Assembly: GCF_036269755.1 (NCBI RefSeq)
Contig: NZ_DATBDV010000006.1
Location: forward strand, 489 to 64,488
Direction: 5' to 3'
From: Sphingomonas sp.
GTDB taxonomy: Bacteria; Pseudomonadota; Alphaproteobacteria; Sphingomonadales; Sphingomonadaceae
DNA length: 64,000 nt
Shown: piece by piece, positions 36,401-45,535 of the stretch
Position numbering within the stretch: the first letter of the stretch is position 1
Layout of the letters: each line of letters starts with the position of its first letter
The notes under the pieces: model-generated
Databases searched by the model: none
What the model was told of the DNA's origin: nothing
Seen by the model: the letters and a program-made list of their open reading frames with translations, nothing else
Translations under genes and position numbers: made by a program

Positions 36401-37010
36401 ACTGCCGTTGTTCGCCGCGGCGGATGCGCGCGAACTGGGCGAGGAAGAGGATGCGCGGCTGCCGGCGATGCCGCTCAGCGAAGAGGTCAGTGCCGATTAC
36501 CAGCTCACGCGGCTGTCGCTCAAAGGCCATCCGATGCAGTTCCTGCGGCCGGTGTTTGCTGCGGAGAACGTGCTGAGCTGCGCCGACGTGTCGAAAGCGA
36601 AAAACGGCGCGCGTGTCACCGTTGCCGGTGTCGTATTGGTGCGCCAGCGGCCGGGCACGGGCAACGCGATCTTCATTACGCTGGAGGACGAAACCGGAAT
36701 CACCAACGTGCTGTTGTGGGCGCGCGTGTTCGAAGCGCAGCGGATGCAAGTGATGGGGGCGCGGCTGATGACGGTCGAGGGCGAGGTGCAGCGCAGCGCA
36801 CCAAGGGATGGAAGCGTCGTTCACTTGATCGGCACTCGGGTCATCGACCGTACGCACGAACTGAGTCGATTGTCGGAGGATCGCGAGACTCGCCCGGCGA
36901 TGGCGCGCGCCGATATCGGCCTGACGCCTGATCCACGCTATCGAGCGGCTCAGCGCGTGCGGCATCCCCGCAACGTCCGCATCCTGCCGCCGTCACGCGA
37001 CTTTCATTGA
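33399..37010 (+). CDS. dnaE2: Error-prone DNA polymerase DnaE2 (ImuC)
   Basis: FAELVAATNYSFLRGAS, CQGRGSAANS, EPPDIDVDFEH, RHLSQHVGG, GFPESHA and C-terminal RDFH. Confidence 0.96.
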   Translation: MTGFAELVAATNYSFLRGASHPSDMVGEAIRLKMRGIGIADRNTVAGVVRAHVALKQAREKCSEDWAKARAKHEADRPWEPFPPPPELPEPDLHFRLVVGARLVFRDGTPDIVAYPATRYGWGRLTRLLTAGNRRAAKGGCLLDLGDLIAHHQDLLLILLTESTFDAAEVEQLAEKRRVAEEQDRGFLQLGEEEAGESNVVQFPARHAGPVSAPAVPEATAQVVQWTPEQGRGDVGIEGILGRLKRIVGDRLWLGITMPHGGRDNRQVRDLANIARTAGVPLLATNDALYASSKQRPLHDVVTCIRKGTTVKAAGRLLEANAERHLKHPDEMARLFRRYPQAIAETERLLARIDFTLDQLSYEYPHEPVPDGWEAQDWLEHLVMEAAHKRYDGTIPVKAKALIQEEFALIRQRKYAYYFLTVHDIVRFARSCEPPILCQGRGSAANSIVCWLLDVTSVDPVKHDLLFSRFVSSERNEPPDIDVDFEHERREEVMQYIYKRYGRHRAAIAATVIHYRSRSTLREVGKALGMSEDVTSRLAGTIWGSYSSKVEEDRFTQAGFTLDNPEIAQLKTLVDQLVEFPRHLSQHVGGFVLTQNPLIETVPLHNAAMKDRTFIEWDKDDIDALKLMKVDILALGMLSCIRKAFDLIDQHTSVRPELGTLATDENPIVYEMLCQADSLGLFQVESRAQMSMLPRLKPEKFYDLVVQVAIVRPGPIQGNMVHPYLRRRAKKERVRFPKPSSEFGPPDELVNVLGKTEGVPLFQEQAMKLAIVAADFSPDDANRLRRAMATFRNVGTIQNLETKMVEGMVRRGYDRDFAQRCYDQIKGFGSYGFPESHALSFARLVYVSAWLKCFHPAVFACALLNSQPMGFYAPAQIVRDTFEHGVAILPIDVNASDWDNGLEACDDAPEPLPRWIKRDRRDAGLALRLGFRQIDGFREEWAKDLVKARGQTRFASIEEFARRANLPSRALRLLADADAWGSIGKGRRDALWEVRRTPSGELPLFAAADARELGEEEDARLPAMPLSEEVSADYQLTRLSLKGHPMQFLRPVFAAENVLSCADVSKAKNGARVTVAGVVLVRQRPGTGNAIFITLEDETGITNVLLWARVFEAQRMQVMGARLMTVEGEVQRSAPRDGSVVHLIGTRVIDRTHELSRLSEDRETRPAMARADIGLTPDPRYRAAQRVRHPRNVRILPPSRDFH

Positions 37011-37153
37011 TGCGCAAACTTGTATCTTCGCGACCGATTTATCCAATACCGAGGCGCCCCAATTCCCCTAGATTGCATTGCCACTCGGTACGCATATCCA
37101 GTAGGCTTATTCGGGGAAAATGCCTTTCCCTGCGTCGTTGAGAGGGGAAATCG

Positions 37154-37486
37154 ATGACCAGGTTATTCACATCCTTCGCCGCTGCCGCCGCTCTGACTGC
37201 CGTTGCGATCGCCAGCCCGGCGCTTGCCGCGGGCCGCGGCTTCTATGTCAACAACACCAACAGTTCGGTATCGGTCCAGCGCGTGTGGTATGCCGCTGCA
37301 GGCACCACCCAGACCTGGGAGGAAATCTACCTCGACTACCCGGTCAAGCCGAACACCAAATCCAACTTCACGATGGGCGACGGCGACACCTGCCTGTACG
37401 ACATCAAGCTCAAATTCAGCGATGGCTACGAACAGACGTTCGCCAACGTCAACGTATGCCGTGGCGACGGCGTTCACGCGACCTGA
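37154..37486 (+). CDS. Small secreted two-Cys beta-rich hypothetical protein
   Basis: Signal peptide ending ALA-A; CLYDIKLKFSDG..NVNVC pattern; GAGAGGGG RBS; terminator downstream. Confidence 0.75.
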   Translation: MTRLFTSFAAAAALTAVAIASPALAAGRGFYVNNTNSSVSVQRVWYAAAGTTQTWEEIYLDYPVKPNTKSNFTMGDGDTCLYDIKLKFSDGYEQTFANVNVCRGDGVHAT

Positions 37487-37511
37487 TCGCCGTTACGACC
37501 TGAAAAAGAGT

Positions 37512-37542
37512 GGGTGGTCGGTTCATTCCGGCCGCCCTTTTT
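37512..37542 (+). terminator. Intrinsic terminator
   Basis: GGGTGGTCGG-ttcatt-CCGGCCGCCC-TTTTT. Confidence 0.65.
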
Positions 37543-39625
37543 GTGACGCCTTCGCCTCGGCGCGAAAGGCGTGGAGTAGCGGCTCGGTATAGCCGTTGGG
37601 CTGCACCGTCCCTTCGAACACCAGCGCGCGCGCTGCACGAAAGGCCGAGCCCGTCGGGTTGTTCACCAGCGACCGGTAGGCGGGATCCCCGGCATTCTGG
37701 GCATCGACCTTGATCGCCATTCGCCCGAACGCGGCTTCGACCTCCTCGGGCGTGCAGACGCCGTGGAGCAGCCAGTTGGCCAGCGCCTGACTTGAAATCC
37801 GCAGGGTCGCGCGATCTTCCATCAGGCCGACATCGTGAATGTCGGGCACTTTCGAACAGCCCACACCCTGATCGATCCAGCGCACGACATAGCCAAGGAT
37901 ACCCTGGCAATTGTTGTTGAGTTCGGCGCGCACCTCCTCGGGCGTCCAGTTGCGCCCCAGCGCCAGCGGGATCGTCAGCAGATCGTCGAGGCTGGCGATC
38001 GGCTCATCCCTGCGTGCCTGCTGGCGCTCGAACACGTCGATCCGGTGATAGTGCGTGGCGTGGAGCGTCGCCGCGGTGGGCGACGGCACCCAGGCGGTGG
38101 TCGCCCCGGTCATCGGATGACCGATCTTCTGGTCGAGCATGTCGGCCATGCGGTCGGGCGCCGCCCACATGCCCTTGCCGATCTGCGCCTTGCCGCTGAG
38201 CCCGCAGGCAAGCCCGATCTGGACGTTGCGGTCCTCGTACGCCTTGATCCAGGCGCTGGTCTTCATCTCTCCCTTGGGCACCATTGGGCCTGCCTGCATG
38301 CTGGTGTGGATCTCATCGCCGGTGCGATCGAGGAAGCCGGTGTTGATGAAGACGATCCGATCCTTCACCGCATGGATGCATGCCGCGAGATTGGCCGAGG
38401 TGCGGCGCTCCTCATCCATCACGCCGACCTTGATCGTGTGACGCGGCAGGCCCAGCAGATCCTCCACCGCGTCGAACAGCTGGTCAGTGAAGGCGGCCTC
38501 GTCGGGCCCGTGCATCTTGGGCTTGACGATATAGATCGATCCCGCTTGGCTGTTGCGGAATTTGCCGAGCCCCTTCAGGTCGTGAAGCCCGATCAGGCTG
38601 GTCATGATCGCGTCGAGGATGCCCTCTGGCGCCTCGCCGCCGTCGGGCAGGATCACCGCCGGTGTGGTCATCAAGTGACCGACATTGCGCACGAACAGCA
38701 AGCTACGGCCGTTCAGCGTGAACTCGCCGCCGTCGGGCGCGGTGTAGCGGCGATCGGGGTTCAGCCGGCGAGTCACGCTGCGGCCACCCTTGTCGAACGT
38801 CTCTTCCAGATCGCCGCGCATCAGCCCGAGCCAATTGGCATAGGCCGCAACCTTGTCCGCGGCGTCGACTGCGGCGATCGAATCCTCGAGGTCGGCGATG
38901 GTCGTGATCGCACTTTCCAGGATCACGTCGGCAATCCCGGCAGGGTCATGGCAACCGACTGGATGCTCGCGGTCGATTACCACTTCAATGTGCAGCCCGT
39001 TGTGACGGAATAGATAATTCTCGTCCGCGCGACCGACCAGCAGCGAGGGATCGGCAAGTTCGGGCGCGCCACTCAGGTCCGCCCAGCTCCCGTTCGCCAG
39101 CGGCACCGCCTCGTCGAGAAACGCCTTGGCTCGGGCGATCACCTGCGCGCCGCGCTCGGCATCATAGCCGCCGGGCCTGGGCTGACCGGGGATTGCGTCG
39201 GTCCCATACAGCGCATCGTACAGGCTGCCCCAGCGTGCATTGGCGGCGTTGAGCACGAAGCGTGCGTTGAGCATCGGCACGACGAGCTGTGGCCCGGCAG
39301 TGGTCGCGATCTCGGGATCCACGTTCGTAGTGTCGATACGAAACGGCCCGGGTTCTTCGACGAGATAACCGATCGATTTGAGAAACGCCTGATACTCGGC
39401 CTGGTCGATCGCCTCACCCGCGCGTTGCGCCAGCCAGCCGTCGATCTCCGCCTGGATCAAATCGCGCTTTTCCAGCAGCTTCGCATTCTCGGGCGCGAAC
39501 CGCGCAAAGACGTCCGCCACGCCCGTCCAGAATGCGTCCGAGGCGATTCCTGCGCCCGGCAGCGCGCTCTCTTCGACGAACGTCACGAGCTCGCTCGCGA
39601 TTTTCAGGGCGGCTCGGTCGATCAT
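37523..39625 (-). CDS. glcB: Malate synthase G
   Basis: [36 protein letters not shown] and [12 protein letters not shown] motifs. Confidence 0.97.
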   Translation of the reverse strand: MIDRAALKIASELVTFVEESALPGAGIASDAFWTGVADVFARFAPENAKLLEKRDLIQAEIDGWLAQRAGEAIDQAEYQAFLKSIGYLVEEPGPFRIDTTNVDPEIATTAGPQLVVPMLNARFVLNAANARWGSLYDALYGTDAIPGQPRPGGYDAERGAQVIARAKAFLDEAVPLANGSWADLSGAPELADPSLLVGRADENYLFRHNGLHIEVVIDREHPVGCHDPAGIADVILESAITTIADLEDSIAAVDAADKVAAYANWLGLMRGDLEETFDKGGRSVTRRLNPDRRYTAPDGGEFTLNGRSLLFVRNVGHLMTTPAVILPDGGEAPEGILDAIMTSLIGLHDLKGLGKFRNSQAGSIYIVKPKMHGPDEAAFTDQLFDAVEDLLGLPRHTIKVGVMDEERRTSANLAACIHAVKDRIVFINTGFLDRTGDEIHTSMQAGPMVPKGEMKTSAWIKAYEDRNVQIGLACGLSGKAQIGKGMWAAPDRMADMLDQKIGHPMTGATTAWVPSPTAATLHATHYHRIDVFERQQARRDEPIASLDDLLTIPLALGRNWTPEEVRAELNNNCQGILGYVVRWIDQGVGCSKVPDIHDVGLMEDRATLRISSQALANWLLHGVCTPEEVEAAFGRMAIKVDAQNAGDPAYRSLVNNPTGSAFRAARALVFEGTVQPNGYTEPLLHAFRAEAKASQKGRPE

Positions 39626-39767
39626 GGAACCTTCGGACACATGTTGCTCCGTTGTCTGACGAGGGGGGAGCCGGCTGATACACCGGCCGGCCGCGCTGCC
39701 CATCGGGAAATTGCGCTTGCCGCTTGCGTCAACCAGTGGCTAACTGCAACCGATAAGGAGAGCGAGG

Positions 39768-40943
39768 ATGGCGGAAGCGTATATCGTGTCGGCGGGGCGG
39801 ACCGCGGGCGGGCGTCGTGGCGGTAAATTGGCCGGGTGGCACCCCGCCGACCTCGCCGGCAAGGTGCTCGACGCGGTGGTGGAGCGCGCCGGGATCGATG
39901 GCGCCGCGGTCGAGGACGTGATCATGGGCTGCGTGATGCAGGCCGGCGAGCAATCCGCACATATCGGCCGCAGCGCAGTGATGGCTTCGTCGCTTCCGGA
40001 CAGCGTCCCCGCGGTCTCGATCGACCGCCAGTGCGGATCGTCGCAGCAGGCGATCCAGTTCGCGGCGCAAGCGGTGATGTCGGGCACGCAGGACGTGGTG
40101 ATCGCGGCGGGCGTCGAGAGCATGACCCGCGTGCCGATGGGACTCGCCAGTTCGGCGCCCGCGCAACTCGGCATCGGGATCGGTCCGTGGTCGCAGAAGA
40201 TCAAGGATCGCTACGGCGTGCCCGGCTTCAGCCAGTTCGTCGGCGCCGGGATGATGGCGCAGAAATACGGGTTCAGCCGCGAGGAGCTCGACGCTTTTTC
40301 GCTCGAAAGCCATCGCCGCGCGGCGGCAGCGACTCAGGCGGGCGCGTTCGGCGATGAGATCGTGCCGATCGAAGTCGTCGATGAAGACGGCAACACCCAG
40401 CTCCACACCACGGATGAGGGCATCCGCTACGACGCGACGCCCGAATCGATGGCGGGCGTGAAGCCGCTCGGCGAGGGGAGCGTGCTGACCGCGGCCTCGG
40501 CTAGCCAGATCTGCGACGGCGCGTCGGGGGTGATGATCGTCAGCGAACGGGCCCTCAAGGGGCATGGACTTACCCCGCTGGCGCGGATTCATAACCTGAC
40601 AGTCACCGCAGGCGACCCCGTGATCATGCTCGAGGAGCCGCTGCCCGCGACTCAGCGCGCGCTCCAACGCGCCGGTATGAAGATCGAGGATATCGATCTG
40701 TACGAAGTCAACGAAGCATTCGCGCCGGTGCCGCTGGCATGGCTGCGCGTGATCGGCGGCGATCATTCGCGGCTCAACGTCAATGGCGGCGCGATCGCGC
40801 TCGGCCACCCGCTCGGCGCGTCGGGGACCAAGCTAATGACGACGCTGCTGCACGCGCTGAAAGCGCGCGACAAACGCTGGGGGCTGCAGACGATGTGCGA
40901 AGGCGGTGGAATCGCCAACGTGACGATCGTCGAGCGGTTTTAA
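39768..40943 (+). CDS. Acetyl-CoA C-acyltransferase (thiolase)
   Basis: DRQCGSSQ, NEAFA, NGGAIALGHPLG and MCEGGG motifs. Confidence 0.95.
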   Translation: MAEAYIVSAGRTAGGRRGGKLAGWHPADLAGKVLDAVVERAGIDGAAVEDVIMGCVMQAGEQSAHIGRSAVMASSLPDSVPAVSIDRQCGSSQQAIQFAAQAVMSGTQDVVIAAGVESMTRVPMGLASSAPAQLGIGIGPWSQKIKDRYGVPGFSQFVGAGMMAQKYGFSREELDAFSLESHRRAAAATQAGAFGDEIVPIEVVDEDGNTQLHTTDEGIRYDATPESMAGVKPLGEGSVLTAASASQICDGASGVMIVSERALKGHGLTPLARIHNLTVTAGDPVIMLEEPLPATQRALQRAGMKIEDIDLYEVNEAFAPVPLAWLRVIGGDHSRLNVNGGAIALGHPLGASGTKLMTTLLHALKARDKRWGLQTMCEGGGIANVTIVERF

Positions 40944-40965
40944 GAGATTTACGGGAGAGAGATAA

Positions 40966-41748
40966 ATGAAGCTGGATTCATCGGTGGCTGCCGTCGTCAC
41001 CGGCGGGGCGTCGGGGCTCGGCGCGGCAACCGCGCGGGCGCTCGCGGCCAAGGGCGTCCAGGTCGCGATCTTCGACATGCAGGCCGAAAAGGGTGAGGCC
41101 GTCGCGCAGGAGATCGGCGGGCTGTTCTGTGAGGTCAATGTGACCAGCGACGAGAGTGTCGACGCCGGCTTCGCGAAGGCGCGCGCGGCGCACGGGCAGG
41201 AGCGCGTCCTTGTCTGCTGCGCCGGCACTGGCAACGCGGTGAAGACGGCGAGCCGATCGAAGGAAGACGGTTCGATCAAGCATTTCCCGCTCGAGGCGTT
41301 CAACTGGCTCATCCAGATAAATCTGGTTGGCACGTTCCGCTGCGTCGCCAAGTCGGCGGCCGGAATGCTGAGCCTCGAAGCCGGCGAGGATGGCGAGCGC
41401 GGTGCGATGGTGATGACCGCGAGCGTGGCCGCGGAGGACGGCCAGATCGGCCAGGCGGCCTATTCGGCGTCGAAGGGCGGCGTCGTCGGCATGACGCTGC
41501 CGATCGCGCGCGACCTGATGAACGAAGGCATCCGGATCAACACGATCCTGCCGGGCATCTTCGAGACCCCGTTGATGCAGGGCGCGCCGCAGCAGGTGAA
41601 GGACAACCTCGCTGCATCGGTGCCGTTCCCCAAGCGGCTCGGCAATCCGCCCGAATACGCGCACCTCGCGCTGACGATGATCGAAAACGGCTATTTCAAC
41701 GGCGAGGACGTCCGCCTCGACGGTGCTATCCGCATGGCGCCGCGCTGA
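40966..41748 (+). CDS. SDR, type II 3-hydroxyacyl-CoA dehydrogenase-like
   Basis: TGGASGLG, AEDGQIGQAAYSASKGG and RLDGAIRM motifs. Confidence 0.93.
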   Translation: MKLDSSVAAVVTGGASGLGAATARALAAKGVQVAIFDMQAEKGEAVAQEIGGLFCEVNVTSDESVDAGFAKARAAHGQERVLVCCAGTGNAVKTASRSKEDGSIKHFPLEAFNWLIQINLVGTFRCVAKSAAGMLSLEAGEDGERGAMVMTASVAAEDGQIGQAAYSASKGGVVGMTLPIARDLMNEGIRINTILPGIFETPLMQGAPQQVKDNLAASVPFPKRLGNPPEYAHLALTMIENGYFNGEDVRLDGAIRMAPR

Positions 41749-41752
41749 CGTC

Positions 41753-42763
41753 ATGCCCGGGCCGCTGACCGGCATTCGCATCGTCGAGCTGGCGGGGATC
41801 GGCCCGGCGCCGTTCTGCGGGATGATGCTGGCGGATCACGGTGCGGAGGTGATCCGCGTCGATAGGCCGGGCACGGCGCTCAACCCGCGCGATCCGTTGC
41901 TGCGGGGCCGGACGGCGATGCAGCTCGACCTCAAGGCGGCCGAGGACGTCGCAAAGCTGCGCGAGCTGGTGAAGACGGCCGACGGGCTGATCGAGGGGTT
42001 CCGTCCCGGCGTGATGGAGCGGCTCGGCATCGGTCCCGACATACTGCTCGGCGACAATCCCAAGCTCGTCTACGGCCGCATGACCGGATGGGGGCAGGAC
42101 GGGCCGTACGCGCACGCCGCCGGGCACGACATCAATTACATCGCGCTGTCGGGCGTGCTCGGCGCGCTCGGCCGCGCGGGCCAAAAGCCAACTCCGCCGA
42201 TCAATCTCGTCGGAGACTTTGGCGGCGGTGCGATGATGCTCGCGTTTGGCATGGTCAGCGCACTGCTGGCCGTGAAGAACGGCGCCGACGGCCAGGTGAT
42301 CGACTGCGCGATGACCGATGGATCCGCGTTGCTGATGGCGATGATGTGGGGCTTCCGCGCGCAGGGCATGTGGAGCGAGGATCGCGGCACCAATCTGCTC
42401 GATACCGGCGCGCCCTTCTACGACACCTACGAAACCGCGGACGGCGGCTATGTCGCGATCGGGTCGATCGAGCCGCAATTCTACGCCTTGCTCCGCGAGA
42501 AGCTCGGACTGATCGAAGATCGGCTGTTCGACGCCCAGTTCGATCGCGCGCAATGGCCAGCGCAGAAAGAGCGGCTGGCCGCAATCCTCCGGAGCAAGAC
42601 GCGCGACGAATGGTGCGCCCTGATGGAGGGGAGCGACGTCTGCTTCGCGCCGATATTGTCGATGTCGGAGGCCGCGGTGCACCCGCACAACGTGACGCGC
42701 AAAACGTTCGTCGACATCGACGGCGTGACTCAACCCGCGCCGGCCCCGCGCTTTCTTCGCTAG
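41753..42763 (+). CDS. CaiB/BaiF CoA-transferase / alpha-methylacyl-CoA racemase-like
   Basis: GIGPAPFCGMMLAD, EGFRPGVMERLG, GHDINY and GDFGGG motifs. Confidence 0.93.
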   Translation: MPGPLTGIRIVELAGIGPAPFCGMMLADHGAEVIRVDRPGTALNPRDPLLRGRTAMQLDLKAAEDVAKLRELVKTADGLIEGFRPGVMERLGIGPDILLGDNPKLVYGRMTGWGQDGPYAHAAGHDINYIALSGVLGALGRAGQKPTPPINLVGDFGGGAMMLAFGMVSALLAVKNGADGQVIDCAMTDGSALLMAMMWGFRAQGMWSEDRGTNLLDTGAPFYDTYETADGGYVAIGSIEPQFYALLREKLGLIEDRLFDAQFDRAQWPAQKERLAAILRSKTRDEWCALMEGSDVCFAPILSMSEAAVHPHNVTRKTFVDIDGVTQPAPAPRFLR

Positions 42764-43230
42764 GCCGCGCCGACTTTACGATCGAGGCACGCCACCACGC
42801 GACGCGAAAGATCATCGATCGCGGATCGGATTTCGGGCGTGTCGACGACGTGCGGTACCGGGTCGATCGCGCACAACGTTCCGAAGAAGCTTCCGTCCGC
42901 GCGGTTGAGCGGCACCGAGACGTAGCTCTGGAAGCCGTAGAGGATAGGTGTCGGATGCGTTCGCCACATCGGCGCGTCGCCGACGCAATCGATGTAAACC
43001 GCCTCCCCGCTGTCGCGAATCTCGTTGCAGATCGTGGTGCTGACCTTGAGCTCGCCGCCGGGTTCGAGCCCGAACTCGATCTTATCGAGCACCTGGCATG
43101 CGATCCAGCGGTGTTCGGTCACGCGGGCGACGGCGGCAAAGCCCATGTCGGTCACGTCGCAAAGCTCGCGAAGCACCTCACCTAACACGCCGCTTGCCGA
43201 CAAGGTGCTCACTTCCCGCTCGAAGTCCAT
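42760..43230 (-). CDS. Stand-alone GAF domain protein
   Basis: TDMGFAAVARV..WIACQVLD..FGL.PGGEL..TICNEIR..YVSVPL..FFGTLCAID pattern. Confidence 0.8.
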   Translation of the reverse strand: MDFEREVSTLSASGVLGEVLRELCDVTDMGFAAVARVTEHRWIACQVLDKIEFGLEPGGELKVSTTICNEIRDSGEAVYIDCVGDAPMWRTHPTPILYGFQSYVSVPLNRADGSFFGTLCAIDPVPHVVDTPEIRSAIDDLSRRVVACLDRKVGAA

Positions 43231-43255
43231 CGGCCGCCCTTCATGCACTACAAAA

Positions 43256-43332
43256 TGGCGCGCCCGGCAGGACTCGAACCTGCAACTCCAAGCTTAGAAG
43301 GCTCGTGCTCTATCCAGTTGAACTACGGGCGC
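43256..43332 (-). tRNA. tRNA-Arg (anticodon UCU)
   Basis: Reverse complement GCGCCCGTAGTTCAACTGGATAGAGCACGAGCCTTCTAAGCTTGGAGTTGCAGGTTCGAGTCCTGCCGGGCGCGCCA: cloverleaf, TTCGA loop and encoded CCA. Confidence 0.97.
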
Positions 43333-43407
43333 CCGCGAGCGGCCTAGCCCGGATTGCGCGGGCGCGAAACGGGCTTCATATCGGCGAGGATGAAGGGGAG
43401 GGCAGGC

Positions 43408-44184
43408 ATGGCGCTCGATAAGGTCACCGCCAATCAAATGCGCGGGGCGCAGTTCCGCTATTTCGATTTCGTGATGGTGGCGTTCGTCGTCATCCTCGTG
43501 CTGTCGAACGTGGTCGGCGCGGGCAAGCGCGCGGTGATCGATTTGCCTTGGTTCGGGCTGTGGCCGTTCGGCGCCGGCATCCTGTTCTTCCCGCTCTCTT
43601 ACCTTCTCGATGACGTGCTGACCGAGGTCTACGGCTACGCGCGGGCGCGGCGCGTGATCTGGACCGGGTTCGTTGCGCTCGCCTTCCTGGTGGTGATGGA
43701 ATGGACCGTCGTCGCGCTTCCGCCCGCCGCCGACTGGGAGGGGCAGGCTCAGTACGAATATGTTTTTGGCCTGCCGCCGCACCTGATCGATACGTTCCCG
43801 TATGTGAGCGTCGGCATTGGCGGCCGGATTGCCTTTGCCTCGCTGTGCGCGTTCTGGGTGGGCGATCTGCTCAATTCCTATGTGCTGGCCAAGATGAAGA
43901 TCTGGACCAGCGGGCGGTGGCTATGGACTCGAACGATCGGCTCGACGATCCTCGGCGAGGGCGCCGACAGCCTGATCTTCTACCCCATCGCATTCTTTGG
44001 CGCCCCCGATTGGCCGATCCATGCGATGCTGCTCGTGATGCTCAGCCAGTTCGTGCTCAAGGTCGGTTGGGAAGTCGTGCTGACCCCCGTCACTTATGCC
44101 GTGGTCGGATTCCTCAAGCGTAAGGAAGGCGTCGACTTGTACGACGAAGGGACCGATTTCAGCCCGTTCCACGCCGGAGTGTGA
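43408..44184 (+). CDS. Queuosine-precursor transporter (YhhQ/VUT family)
   Basis: FPLSYLLDDVLTEVYGYARARRVIWTGF, NSYVLAKMK and RTIGSTILGEGADSLIF motifs. Confidence 0.9.
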   Translation: MALDKVTANQMRGAQFRYFDFVMVAFVVILVLSNVVGAGKRAVIDLPWFGLWPFGAGILFFPLSYLLDDVLTEVYGYARARRVIWTGFVALAFLVVMEWTVVALPPAADWEGQAQYEYVFGLPPHLIDTFPYVSVGIGGRIAFASLCAFWVGDLLNSYVLAKMKIWTSGRWLWTRTIGSTILGEGADSLIFYPIAFFGAPDWPIHAMLLVMLSQFVLKVGWEVVLTPVTYAVVGFLKRKEGVDLYDEGTDFSPFHAGV

Positions 44185-44189
44185 GCGCG

Positions 44190-44219
44190 AAAGGTCACAC
44201 AAGGGGTCACACTATCACG
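44190..44219 (-). repeat. Dispersed intergenic element, copy 2 (tandem GTGTGACC)
   Basis: Reverse complement CGTGATAGTGTGACC-cctt-GTGTGACCTTT; matches 27681..27709. Confidence 0.7.
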
Positions 44220-44321
44220 ACGCACCCGCCAAATCCGACAAGCCGGACAAGCGCGGATCGACGATGTCAAAGAGTAAGGGCTGACCCTGACTCTTCAATT
44301 CCAACATTACCAGCCGAAGAG

Positions 44322-44990
44322 TTAGGCCGCGATCAGCTCCATCAGGCCCTCGAACAGCCGCCGGCCATCGTCGCCGCCATGCGTGGCTTCGATCTTGCGC
44401 TCGGGGTGCGGCATCATGCCGAGCACGTTGCCGCTCGCGTTTAGCACACCTGCGATGCGCCTCGCCGATCCATTGACCTCGCCGGTATAGCGGAACGCCA
44501 CGCGGCCTTCGCCTTCGATCCGGTCGAGCGTCTCGGGGTCGGCGGTGTAATTGCCGTCATGGTGCGCGACCGGGATCCGGATCGTCTCGCCAGCGGAGTA
44601 GCGGCTGGTGAAGACCGACTGCGCATTCTCGACGGTCAGTTCGACATCGCGACAGACGAAGTTGAGTCCTGCGTTGCGCATCAGCGCGCCCGGCAGCAGC
44701 CCGGCTTCGGTCAGCACCTGGAAGCCGTTGCACACGCCCAGAACCGGCACGCCGCGCTCGACCGCGGCGATCACCGCGCGCATCACCGGCGACCGCGCCG
44801 CCATCGCGCCCGAGCGGAGATAATCGCCGTATGAGAACCCCCCGGGCAGCGCGATCAGATCGGTGCCGGCGGGCAACTCGGTCTCGCCGTGCCACACCAT
44901 GTTGGGCTTGCGCCCGGTCACCGAATCGATCGCCACTGCGAGGTCGCGGTCGCAATTGGAGCCGGGGAATACAACGACCGCCGCGGTCAT
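44322..44990 (-). CDS. purQ: Phosphoribosylformylglycinamidine synthase glutaminase subunit
   Basis: [27 protein letters not shown] and MMPHPER motifs. Confidence 0.97.
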   Translation of the reverse strand: MTAAVVVFPGSNCDRDLAVAIDSVTGRKPNMVWHGETELPAGTDLIALPGGFSYGDYLRSGAMAARSPVMRAVIAAVERGVPVLGVCNGFQVLTEAGLLPGALMRNAGLNFVCRDVELTVENAQSVFTSRYSAGETIRIPVAHHDGNYTADPETLDRIEGEGRVAFRYTGEVNGSARRIAGVLNASGNVLGMMPHPERKIEATHGGDDGRRLFEGLMELIAA

Positions 44991-45214
44991 CGCTCGATCC
45001 TGTAATTCTCGATTACCGTATTCGCGATCAGCTTGCGGCACATGCCGTCGAGATCGGCGTCGCTGATATCGTCGGCGACGTCGAGCTCGATCACCTTGCC
45101 CGCGCGGACGTCGTTGATCCCGCCGAACCCGAGGCTTTCGAGCGACTTGTGGATCGCCTTGCCCTGCGGATCGAGCACGCCGGGCTTGAGGGTGACGACG
45201 ATGCGGACCTTCAT
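44987..45214 (-). CDS. purS: Phosphoribosylformylglycinamidine synthase subunit PurS
   Basis: [24 protein letters not shown]. Confidence 0.96.
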   Translation of the reverse strand: MKVRIVVTLKPGVLDPQGKAIHKSLESLGFGGINDVRAGKVIELDVADDISDADLDGMCRKLIANTVIENYRIER

Positions 45215-45370
45215 GGGGCGGCTTCCTGGTTCGAGGAGGGAGTCGGCGCCCCTATGGCCGCGCCCGCCACTCGTCGCAACTTTTACGTTTCGTTAACGGT
45301 CGGGGCGCAGCTTTTAGGACAGGACCGGCCCGACTCACTGGGTAGCGCGGGCAAGTTGGGGGTACCGGAC

Positions 45371-45520
45371 ATGGCCATCGTGGCAATGTTCCTGTTCATC
45401 GCAGTGTTCGCGTTCGGCCAGAACTATTTCGGCTGGAGCGATCCCGCAGGCTACGTCCAGCTCTCGCTGGTGTCGTGCTTCGTGTTCGGGATCATTTGCG
45501 GGATACGGGTGAAGAGCTGA
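45371..45520 (+). CDS. Small two-TM membrane peptide (49 aa)
   Basis: MAIVAMFLFIAVFAFGQNYFGWSDPAGYVQLSLVSCFVFGIICGIRVKS; fills the purC-purS gap on the opposite strand. Confidence 0.55.
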   Translation: MAIVAMFLFIAVFAFGQNYFGWSDPAGYVQLSLVSCFVFGIICGIRVKS

Positions 45521-45535
45521 GGGTCGGCCCGCGGC

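Noticed and set aside
39626-39767. Glycine riboswitch upstream of glcB
   Set aside because: The conserved aptamer sequences were not found; only one short hairpin.
43256-43332. tRNA-Arg as attachment site of a prophage or integrative element
   Set aside because: No integrase or phage genes and no duplicated tRNA 3' end seen in the window.
43333-43407. preQ1 riboswitch upstream of the queuosine-precursor transporter
   Set aside because: No matching aptamer motif in the short GC-rich gap.
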